NCBI GenBank assembly: GCA_004561445.1
Contig: SFVX01000001.1
Coordinates: forward strand, 318,266-382,265
Source of the DNA: a bacterium
Lineage (GTDB): Bacteria > Patescibacteriota > Saccharimonadia > Saccharimonadales > Saccharimonadaceae
Length of the DNA: 64,000 nt
Reading direction: 5' to 3'
How positions within the stretch are numbered: position 1 is the stretch's first letter; the number at the start of each line of letters is the position of its first letter. The position numbers and the translations under genes are program-made. Below are positions 28,198 through 36,029 of this stretch, one piece after another. Under the pieces are notes generated by a model. That model was not told the DNA's origin. It saw nothing but the letters and a program-made list of their open reading frames with translations, and ran no database searches.

Positions 28198-28539
28198 TTA
28201 TATTATATTTGCCTCTTTGAGTAAACTGCTTATAAGGGAACGCAGCTCTTTAAATGGCATTTTAAGAATTTCTTTATTATAAACAACAAAGATACAGTCA
28301 TAAGGCTGCTCAATGTGTGGATGCTCGAGGCGGATAGCCTCATAGACGCGACGACGGATGCGATTGCGGCCGACGGCGGATTTAAGAACTTTTTTACTGA
28401 CGACGACAGCGAAACGTTGTTTTTTGCGTGTATTAACAGCAAAAACCAGGGATATTTTTGGATCCCTGATTGTTTTACCATTTTGATAGGTACTGCGTAC
28501 CCCACCGCGCGAATGAAAACGGAATTTGCGTGATAGCAT
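28198..28539 (-). CDS. rnpA: ribonuclease P protein component
   Basis: 113 aa, basic, with ...AVGRNRIRRRVYEA... RNR motif; its start overlaps the rpmH stop. Confidence 0.85.
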   Translation of the reverse strand: MLSRKFRFHSRGGVRSTYQNGKTIRDPKISLVFAVNTRKKQRFAVVVSKKVLKSAVGRNRIRRRVYEAIRLEHPHIEQPYDCIFVVYNKEILKMPFKELRSLISSLLKEANII

Positions 28540-28676
28540 TAGGCGGTTAGACGAGCGCGACCTTTAATGCGACGACGAGCAAGAACTTTGCGACCATTGA
28601 CGCTATTATTACGTTTGCGGAAGCCATGCTCTACTTTGCGTTGGCGCTTGTGTGGCTGATAAGTACGTTTTGGCAT
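28539..28676 (-). CDS. rpmH: 50S ribosomal protein L34
   Basis: Hand translation gives [45 protein letters not shown]. Not in the ORF track because it is shorter than 60 aa. Confidence 0.9.
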   Translation of the reverse strand: MPKRTYQPHKRQRKVEHGFRKRNNSVNGRKVLARRRIKGRARLTA

Positions 28677-28738
28677 AAGTTTAATCCTGACTTTATAATT
28701 ATTGTTTTATTATTTGAATTGTGTTTATTATACCAAGT

Positions 28739-28869
28739 TTTTCCACTTTTCTCAAGCTTTTTTCCACAGTACTAAACCCCTATTAAATAGCATTATGTGG
28801 AAAACTCTTATCTGTTATTTTAAAAACATAGTATAAAATATTATTTTTATCTGTTTTAACTGTGGAAAA
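28739..28869. promoter_or_regulatory. DnaA-box cluster in the rpmH-dnaA spacer
   Basis: TTTTCCACt 28739, TTTTCCACA 28760, TGTGGAAAA 28796, TGTGGAAAA 28861, in both orientations. Confidence 0.6.
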
Positions 28870-28908
28870 CTTTGTATAATAAGGGTAAGAAAAGGAGGTA
28901 TAAGGGAG

Positions 28909-30312
28909 ATGCCAAACGAGTGGCAGAGTGTGCTGGACGAAATAAAGAACTCCGTGTCCGATATGGCATATAATACTTATTTTGCGGGTAAGTTCAATTT
29001 TGAGTCTGTTGACGAGAATGGCCTACTTACAATTACCGTCCCTTCTATCTTTATTAAAAAACAGATTGAATCTAAATATATAGATGCAGTGCGTGATGCG
29101 CTTGAAGCAGTAGATTTTGGTTATGCCGATATAGAAATCAAGATCACTAAAGCCGAGAATAAGACTTTAGTACAGAAGGCGCGCGAAGTGACGCCAGAAA
29201 TGTTAAATTCAGCACGCGCTGCAGTAAAACCAAATATTATGACAGCAAATAAAGTTGTCACGAAGGATTCTGGGCAAAAATCTTTCTCGACGAGCGGGAG
29301 CGGGCTTAATCCACAGTTTAGGCTCGATAATTATGTAGTCGGCAGCAATAACGACTTGGCAGTAAGTGCCGCAAAAGCGATTATTGAGCATCCGGGTACG
29401 CGTTATAATCCGTATTTTCTTTATGGTGGACCAGGTTGCGGTAAAACTCATCTCGTACAAGCGATAGGCAATGAAATTCGCGAGCAACATCCGGAACTGC
29501 GCGTACGCTACACGACAATCGAGGAATTTTATCATGATTACGTCGAGTCGGTACGTAAAAAAATCGATGGGTTCGAGAATAAATATCGCAAATCAGTAGA
29601 TGTGTTAATTATTGATGATTTTCAATATATCGTCGGTAAAGAAAAAAGTCAGGAAGAATTTTTCCATACTTTTAATGAGCTGCACAATAATAATAAGCAA
29701 GTAATTGTGACTTGCGATCGTTTGCCAAGTGAATTAGCAAGCGTTGATACGCGTTTAAGCTCTCGATTGATGCAGGGGATGCCAATTGATATCCAGATGC
29801 CAGACTTTGAGACAAGGTGTGCAATTTTGCACATGAAGGCGGAATTGAGTGGATATAATGTGGATAATAAAACGATCGAATATCTTGCAGAGAATATTCG
29901 CTCTAATGTGCGCGAGCTTGAGGGAAAATTAAACCAAGTGGCAGCGCTAGCTGAAATGCGCAATATTTCCACTTCGGAAGTAATCGGTAGTATGGACGAG
30001 AGTAGTTTTTCGCCACAACGTCGTTCGGTTTCAGCACGTAGCGTGGTCGAAAAGGTAGCAAAGTATTATTCCCTGCTCCCGACAGATCTTTTGGGTAAAA
30101 GTCGCACGAAAGATATTAAGAACGCTAGACAGGTTGCAATGTTCTTGATGAATGATGAGCTTGGAATGAGCACGGTTAAAATTGGAGCCGAATTTAAAAA
30201 AGACCACACCACTGTTATGCACGGTATTAAGATGGTAAAACAAAATTTGAAGCTTGATTTTAACTTACGTGAGCAAATTTCAGAGCTGAGGGATAAAATT
30301 TATGCAAATTGA
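28909..30312 (+). CDS. dnaA: chromosomal replication initiator DnaA
   Basis: 467 aa with AAA+ GGPGCGKTHL and the C-terminal box-binding helix ...KKDHTTVMHGIK...; strong SD AAGGAGG. Confidence 0.97.
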   Translation: MPNEWQSVLDEIKNSVSDMAYNTYFAGKFNFESVDENGLLTITVPSIFIKKQIESKYIDAVRDALEAVDFGYADIEIKITKAENKTLVQKAREVTPEMLNSARAAVKPNIMTANKVVTKDSGQKSFSTSGSGLNPQFRLDNYVVGSNNDLAVSAAKAIIEHPGTRYNPYFLYGGPGCGKTHLVQAIGNEIREQHPELRVRYTTIEEFYHDYVESVRKKIDGFENKYRKSVDVLIIDDFQYIVGKEKSQEEFFHTFNELHNNNKQVIVTCDRLPSELASVDTRLSSRLMQGMPIDIQMPDFETRCAILHMKAELSGYNVDNKTIEYLAENIRSNVRELEGKLNQVAALAEMRNISTSEVIGSMDESSFSPQRRSVSARSVVEKVAKYYSLLPTDLLGKSRTKDIKNARQVAMFLMNDELGMSTVKIGAEFKKDHTTVMHGIKMVKQNLKLDFNLREQISELRDKIYAN

Positions 30313-30322
30313 AGCCCTTCTA

Positions 30323-30587
30323 TGTGGAAAACTTGTTGAAAACTACGTTTTTTGGCCTAATTTTGGTGGAAAACTTGAGCAAAAAGCCGTAGAAAAGTGC
30401 GTGCAAAATACGTGGAAACAAAATGTGCAAAAAATGAATTGGTGGAAAAAATCACAATTAAAACCTATAGCGAATGTTAAAAAGCAAAGTTTTACACGAG
30501 TTTTACCTAATAAATTGAACAATTATTTGCACAAATGGAAACGGTGGCTCTTCCCGAGAAAAAAGGAGGTTTTGCACATTTTCCACA
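30323..30587. promoter_or_regulatory. DnaA-box cluster in the dnaA-dnaN spacer
   Basis: TGTGGAAAA 30323, gGTGGAAAA 30365 and 30441, cGTGGAAAc 30411, TTTTCCACA 30579. Confidence 0.6.
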
Positions 30588-30636
30588 GAGTCTACTAATA
30601 CTACTACTAAATATATAAATAAAGGAGCTTATAAAA

Positions 30637-31743
30637 ATGGAAGTTGAAGTTTTACAGGAACGACTATCAAAAGCATTGAATATTGTAAGTCGAGTAGCAG
30701 CAAGTACAAAAGCTGGGTTGCCAATTCTAAGTAATATTCTACTTAGAGCGGACGGTAAAGAATTAGTTTTAACGGCAACCAACTTGGAACTTGCAACAGT
30801 TGATTTTGTAAATGCAGAAGTAAAGAATAGTGGTACGATTACGGTGCCAGCAAAGTTAATTGCAGAGTTTGTATCTAATTTACCGAGAGGCGAAAAAGTT
30901 TTGCTAAAGAGTAAAGACGATAAACTAATGATCTCGGCCGGTAAGTATAAATCTACAATTAATGGTATTTTGGCGGATGATTTTCCAGAGTTGCCAAAAA
31001 TAGATGAAAAAGAAGCAGCGATTTTTAAGATAGATGTAGATATCTTTAAAGAGGCACTCTCAGAGGTAATTCCGGCAAGTAGTAGTGATACGACGCGCCC
31101 TGCTCTAACTGGTGTATTCTTTAATACATTTGAAGGTGATCTTTATATTGCAGCAACGGATGGCTATCGCTTAGCGGATCGTAAGTTTGTTAATGGCGTG
31201 AGTAGCGAGATTAAAGCAATTGTGCCATCTACTGCCGTGCAAGAAGTTTTGCGTTCGATTTCGGATAGCGTTAAAGAAGTAGAAATCTTAATTTCAGAGT
31301 CACAAATTGTGTTTAGGCTAGGTGAGATTGAGATTACGTCAAAACTAATTGATGCGAGTTTTCCACCGTATAGGCAATTAATTCCGAAGACCTCCGAGAT
31401 TACGCTTGAGCTAGATAAGGCAGAACTAATTAGGATGACGCGCGTGGCGGCGCTGTTTGCGCGCGAATCGGGTGGTTCGGTGGTGTGCGAAACACAGGCG
31501 GAAACTGGTAATTTCTTGGTTTATGCAGTAGCGAGTGAGCTCGGCGAAAATACGGCTTCGATGGAGGCGGGCGCGAAAGCAGACGGAAAAGTGGTTTTGA
31601 ACTCACGCTACTTGATTGATGCATTAAATGCGACAATAGAAGATAAGATTAGCTTTGGTTTTTCCGGAAAACTGTCGCCAGTAGTAATTAAAAACGCAAA
31701 AAATACTGAATATACACATATCGTGATGCCGCTAAAGAGCTAG
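30637..31743 (+). CDS. dnaN: DNA polymerase III beta sliding clamp
   Basis: 368 aa with three-domain clamp pattern; follows dnaA; SD AAGGAG. Confidence 0.95.
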   Translation: MEVEVLQERLSKALNIVSRVAASTKAGLPILSNILLRADGKELVLTATNLELATVDFVNAEVKNSGTITVPAKLIAEFVSNLPRGEKVLLKSKDDKLMISAGKYKSTINGILADDFPELPKIDEKEAAIFKIDVDIFKEALSEVIPASSSDTTRPALTGVFFNTFEGDLYIAATDGYRLADRKFVNGVSSEIKAIVPSTAVQEVLRSISDSVKEVEILISESQIVFRLGEIEITSKLIDASFPPYRQLIPKTSEITLELDKAELIRMTRVAALFARESGGSVVCETQAETGNFLVYAVASELGENTASMEAGAKADGKVVLNSRYLIDALNATIEDKISFGFSGKLSPVVIKNAKNTEYTHIVMPLKS

Positions 31744-31750
31744 GAGTCTT

Positions 31751-32770
31751 GTGCGCATAGTTGAAAATGTAAAATTGAAGAATTTCCGCTGTCATGAAGA
31801 TTTTGAGCTGAGTTGTAATGAAGATACGACGCTAATAATTGGATCAAATGGAAGTGGAAAAACTTCGGTGCTCGAAGCAATTTATTTGGCTTTGCGCGGA
31901 AAGTCTTTTAAGGGGGTGGATAGAGAGATTTTGAGACGTGAAGCGGATTTTTATCGCGCGGAAATTCGATTACATGATTTTAAGACGGTGATTATTAGAT
32001 ACGATGGCGCAAAAAAGAGCTTCGAAATAGATGGCAAGAAAAATCTGAGATTGCCAAAGAAGAGCCGTTACCCGGTGGTGTTATTTGAGCCGGATGATCT
32101 TTATCTAGTTGGCTCTTCCCCGTCGAGGAGGCGTGATTATTTTGATGAATTGTTTCGTCAAATAGATGATAAATATGGAGTGACGCTAGGCAAATATAAT
32201 AAGGCACTAAAACAGCGAAATGATCTGTTGAAAAATGAATTTGTGGACGAAAATGATCTTTTTTCGTGGAATGTAATGTGTGCGAATTATGGGACGGAAT
32301 TAATTTTGTTTCGCAAGAAGTTTCTTGATGAAATAAATGCGCGAATGACGGAGATTTATCGAGAGATTGCGAAAAATGAGGACGAGTGTGCAATTTCTTA
32401 TGTTGGAACTGAGGTAGACGAGAATAAATATCTGAGTATTTTGGAGTCTAATTTTGAGAAAGATAGATATCTTGGTTATACGAGTTTTGGGGCGCATAGG
32501 GATGATTATGAGTTCGTGTTTAATGGTAAACGCGCGGATGGATCGGCTTCAAGAGGTGAGATTAGGAGCATGATTTTGGCCTTAAAATTTATAGAGGCGA
32601 AGATTTTGGAGCAAGAGACGGGTTTCTCTCCTGTAGTGCTGCTAGATGATATTTTTTCAGAGCTAGATGATGCTAGACAAAAGCATTTAATTAGCAACTT
32701 TAAGGATTATCAGATGATAATTACAAGTACGTCAGCGCCAATAGATATGAATATAGACGTGAATTTGTAA
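31751..32770 (+). CDS. recF: DNA replication/repair protein RecF
   Basis: GTG start, Walker A GSNGSGKTS, C-terminal ...LLDDIFSELD... Confidence 0.9.
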   Translation: MRIVENVKLKNFRCHEDFELSCNEDTTLIIGSNGSGKTSVLEAIYLALRGKSFKGVDREILRREADFYRAEIRLHDFKTVIIRYDGAKKSFEIDGKKNLRLPKKSRYPVVLFEPDDLYLVGSSPSRRRDYFDELFRQIDDKYGVTLGKYNKALKQRNDLLKNEFVDENDLFSWNVMCANYGTELILFRKKFLDEINARMTEIYREIAKNEDECAISYVGTEVDENKYLSILESNFEKDRYLGYTSFGAHRDDYEFVFNGKRADGSASRGEIRSMILALKFIEAKILEQETGFSPVVLLDDIFSELDDARQKHLISNFKDYQMIITSTSAPIDMNIDVNL

Positions 32771-32814
32771 ATATTTTGGTTTTAAGTGTTGTAAAAAATA
32801 AGTAAAATTATTTT

Positions 32815-32856
32815 TGTGGAAAAGTTTTGTGCAAAACTATATAGATATGTGGAAAA
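32815..32856. promoter_or_regulatory. two perfect DnaA-box 9-mers after recF
   Basis: TGTGGAAAA at 32815 and 32848, same orientation, 33 bp apart. Confidence 0.5.
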
Positions 32857-32861
32857 TATAT

Positions 32862-32900
32862 AAAAATGCGTCCTGGGCGATTTTAGACACCCCAGGACGC
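32862..32900 (-). terminator. intrinsic terminator closing the T4SS-like - strand gene block
   Basis: 10-bp stem gcgtcctggg/cccaggacgc followed by a T-run on the - strand. Confidence 0.55.
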
Positions 32901-32904
32901 AATT

Positions 32905-33843
32905 TTATAGCTGATTGCCGGCTATAATAACTTCTTTTGGTACGCCTGGCATATTGTGAGTAGTTAGATATGGTTGTGGATATTCGACGATTTGCCAAGT
33001 ATTACCCTGCTTTTTTAGAACGATACGGTAATGAGCAAGAAGTAAATCTTGATCGAAATTGTATTCTTGGATAGTGGTAACGTAATATTCGCCGATTTCC
33101 TGACCTTCACTGACGAGTTTGCTGTTTTCGCCTGATGGGTAACTTTCATTAATGAAAACTTGGGGATTGGAAGCGGTGCTAGCGACTGGGGCTAGGTATG
33201 GGTTATTATTGCCCGAGAAGAAGATTTTATAGGCGGTAAGGTCGTCGTCTTTGCCATAGGTTTTAAGTTTATTTATAGCGGCATCAAGATAAATATCTTT
33301 GGACTTGATATTAATAACTGGGCGTGAGCCTTCTTCCTCATAGTCGTAACTGATGGAATAAAGCGAACTATTGAATGGGAGATGGTTTAAAATAGGGTAT
33401 TTTTCTTTGGTGCGGAGGCCTTCTTCATTAAGATAGACGCCGACGCGACCTTCAACCTCAGTAAATTCCATTTTATGCTTTTCGAGATAAGTTTTTCCTT
33501 CGTCGTCGGAGGCACTAAGGGTACCAAGAAGCTTATTGTGGTCATTATCGATAGTAACCTGTTTTTTAATAGATTCAAAATGATCAAATTTTACTTCAAG
33601 TTCATAATTGCCTGGTGTGATGTAGGAGGTGGATTTATTTTTGATTTTTGTGCCGTTAAGGGTGACTTCGGCGCTATAAGGTGCAAAATAAATATCGGTA
33701 CGGATTTTTCCGGCGCGACTAATGAGGGTGACGACGGAATAAAAAATTGCGATGATTACAAAAAGCCCAAGTAAAAGAAAAGTGAGTTTTTGGCCTTTTG
33801 TAAGATTGTTTTTAATTGTGTTTTGCTTTTTCATATTTACCAT
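32905..33843 (-). CDS. hypothetical bitopic membrane protein (beta-rich ectodomain), T4SS-locus associated
   Basis: 312 aa with one N-terminal TM; overlaps the hydrolase gene by 7 nt. Confidence 0.5.
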   Translation of the reverse strand: MVNMKKQNTIKNNLTKGQKLTFLLLGLFVIIAIFYSVVTLISRAGKIRTDIYFAPYSAEVTLNGTKIKNKSTSYITPGNYELEVKFDHFESIKKQVTIDNDHNKLLGTLSASDDEGKTYLEKHKMEFTEVEGRVGVYLNEEGLRTKEKYPILNHLPFNSSLYSISYDYEEEGSRPVINIKSKDIYLDAAINKLKTYGKDDDLTAYKIFFSGNNNPYLAPVASTASNPQVFINESYPSGENSKLVSEGQEIGEYYVTTIQEYNFDQDLLLAHYRIVLKKQGNTWQIVEYPQPYLTTHNMPGVPKEVIIAGNQL

Positions 33844-36029
33844 CCGTATTTTGCTTTAAAAGTTGACCAAGAGACGCCTTTTTCGACGATGTAAATCCTG
33901 GCGGTGCTACTGGAACCGTATGGGGCTTTATTGTTATCGGAAGGATTTGGAACGTCGTGGAAGATGTCTAAGTCATAATCGCCATCGATCTTCCCTGCTC
34001 CAGTGTCGGTAATGAGGAAATATTTACCGTTGGCGTAGGAGGCTTCGCCGGTAGCTTGAGTTTGGACATAGACGACGGTGCCAAAATCTAGATGGCTACT
34101 AGCGGCTTGGCCTGGAGCGAGTTTGCCATCGTTATAACCGCTGGCATTCTTGCCGGCGTATCCGCCATTTTCGGAGGCGGCGGCGCTATAGAAAGTGACG
34201 TGATGATCTTTAAGTTTTGTTGCGCCAGTTGGAACGGTGTTTGAGACGGTGCCAGAAACGGAGTTGGTATCACTAGAGGTAGTTTCGTATGGATTAAAAT
34301 TTGGATTACGATACCAACGGACAATGGCGCCATTACCAAAGAGAAGATCCTCTTTGCCGGCCATAGGGGCGCGACCGGAGCCGCTGGTTGAATAGGAGGC
34401 GCTAGCAATATTACTGTCGAAGCCGCCAATTTCGCCGACATAAATGAAGGTGTGGCCGCTTGAAAAAGCGACGTCGCCTGGCTGAAGGATACTAGTATCG
34501 ACGCGGGTGCCGGCGGAACTATTGAGAAGTTCCCAGTTATGCGATTTTACCCAAGCTTCTTGAGTATCAGTGCCACCTTTGCCGTCGTTGTAATTTGGTT
34601 CAAGGCCAGAGTTTTGTACAAGAATAGTAACGAAGCCGCCGCAGTCGATACCCGGCACGCCAGCGACGGAGCCGCCGACATAGCGACCTTCGCTGATGGA
34701 TTGAGTGACAGCTTTGGCGTAGTCTGGCATGCGATCATGCCATGGGGCGCTGTGGTAGGTTGGCCAAGCATAGCCTTTGACGAGAGCCTGAAATTCGCCG
34801 TTGACGCTACACCCGTTAGCGTTAGTGTTGCTATTAATAGCCTTAAAGATAGTCTCAGCAAAAAGTTCAGCGCCGGCTTGGTTTGGGTGAATATTATCGC
34901 TAGCAAGATAAAGACCTGGGTCTTGATTTACGGTCTCGGCCCAGTCGGCGATGATGATGTTGGAATTATTTTTTGCGAGTTCTTTAAAATGAGTATTATT
35001 AGTATCGTAAGTGGTGTTTTTGCCGGAATAATTGGTGACAAAAACAATATTATGTTCTGCCCCAAGGAGATTGACTACTTCGTCGATAGCAGCAGCGGAA
35101 AGATTTGGCGAATTGGTGCCAAGTGCAAAGACGACGGTCTTTTTGAAAGTACTTTTGCCGTTTTGGACGATTTGGACACCTTCGCTCCAGGGGCGACTGA
35201 CGCGAGCATTAATGTTGCTAGCGGTGAGGTCTGGGAATTTTTTGAGGAGTGCGTCCTGAGCGCCAACGGTAATAGAATCGCCGATAATGGTAATATTCTT
35301 GCCGGTTTCTTCGGCGGCGGAACCATTAGCGACAGAGGTGCCTTTACCGGCGTATTTATCGAAAAATTCTTGTGCAAAATTGCGACGAGCTTCGGTACCT
35401 TGGTAGAGTTGACCGGCGTAAGGCGAATAATATTGAATAGCGGAGTTTCCGCCAACGGCGCGCTCAAAGAGTGTCAAAAAGATTTCGGCAGCTTCTTGAG
35501 GATTGTTGGTTTTTTTGATTTCGTCTTGCCAGTTGAGGTCTTTCTCGGACATAGTGTGCTCGAGCTCGATTTGGAGAATTTTGTCAAAATCTGCCTCAGG
35601 GATGTTTTTGTCGGCGCCGGAAGCCCAATATTCGCTAGAGAGATATTGTTCGAGGCCGGCGTCTTTAATTTTGTTTTGAAGTGCGACACGGCGTCCACCG
35701 CCCCACTGGAAGAGGCCCCAGAAGCTAGAGTTGCTGGCTCTAGTTGGGCCAAGGCCACTCTCGGCCATGCCGTTGCCGAGGAGACCAGCGGTTTGAGCGT
35801 CGTTAAAGCCCTGCTGGATAAAGAAATTCCAGATTTTTTCAGCAGTATCACTGCCTGATAAGGTGGTAGAGCTATTGTTACAATTATCGGCATTTCCAAC
35901 GGGATTATAGTAGTAAATCCCGTTTTTATTGTACATGTCGAGAATTTCATCAGATGGAACGAGAGCGTTGGCCGGAGAGGTAATAATTAGAGCCATCAGG
36001 ATGGCAAAAATACGAGCTAGCTTTTTCAT
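33837..36029 (-). CDS. secreted multi-domain cell-wall hydrolase (lysozyme-like + SGNH + NlpC/P60-like + 3D/DPBB-like)
   Basis: Signal peptide; ...LLGNGMAESGL...WGLFQWGGGRR...; ...IIGDSITVG...DNIHPN...; ...GIDCGGFV...GHTFIYVG...; ...ITDTGAGKIDGDYDLDIF... Confidence 0.8.
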   Translation of the reverse strand: MKKLARIFAILMALIITSPANALVPSDEILDMYNKNGIYYYNPVGNADNCNNSSTTLSGSDTAEKIWNFFIQQGFNDAQTAGLLGNGMAESGLGPTRASNSSFWGLFQWGGGRRVALQNKIKDAGLEQYLSSEYWASGADKNIPEADFDKILQIELEHTMSEKDLNWQDEIKKTNNPQEAAEIFLTLFERAVGGNSAIQYYSPYAGQLYQGTEARRNFAQEFFDKYAGKGTSVANGSAAEETGKNITIIGDSITVGAQDALLKKFPDLTASNINARVSRPWSEGVQIVQNGKSTFKKTVVFALGTNSPNLSAAAIDEVVNLLGAEHNIVFVTNYSGKNTTYDTNNTHFKELAKNNSNIIIADWAETVNQDPGLYLASDNIHPNQAGAELFAETIFKAINSNTNANGCSVNGEFQALVKGYAWPTYHSAPWHDRMPDYAKAVTQSISEGRYVGGSVAGVPGIDCGGFVTILVQNSGLEPNYNDGKGGTDTQEAWVKSHNWELLNSSAGTRVDTSILQPGDVAFSSGHTFIYVGEIGGFDSNIASASYSTSGSGRAPMAGKEDLLFGNGAIVRWYRNPNFNPYETTSSDTNSVSGTVSNTVPTGATKLKDHHVTFYSAAASENGGYAGKNASGYNDGKLAPGQAASSHLDFGTVVYVQTQATGEASYANGKYFLITDTGAGKIDGDYDLDIFHDVPNPSDNNKAPYGSSSTARIYIVEKGVSWSTFKAKYGW

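Noticed and set aside
30302-30598. 98-aa ORF in the dnaA-dnaN spacer
   Set aside because: It overlaps the dnaA stop and has no SD. Its W/K/N/E-rich composition comes from translating the repeated tggaaaa DnaA-box units, so it is most likely non-coding origin DNA.
34539-35858. Long antisense ORFs (439 aa here; also 43418-44356, 51591-52265, 52359-53117, 59102-59830, 54764-55486)
   Set aside because: Each lies fully inside and opposite to, or out of frame with, a strongly supported gene (hydrolase, VirB6-like, groEL, valS, amidinotransferase-like). Their composition is low-complexity with no motifs, as expected from codon-bias-driven open frames.
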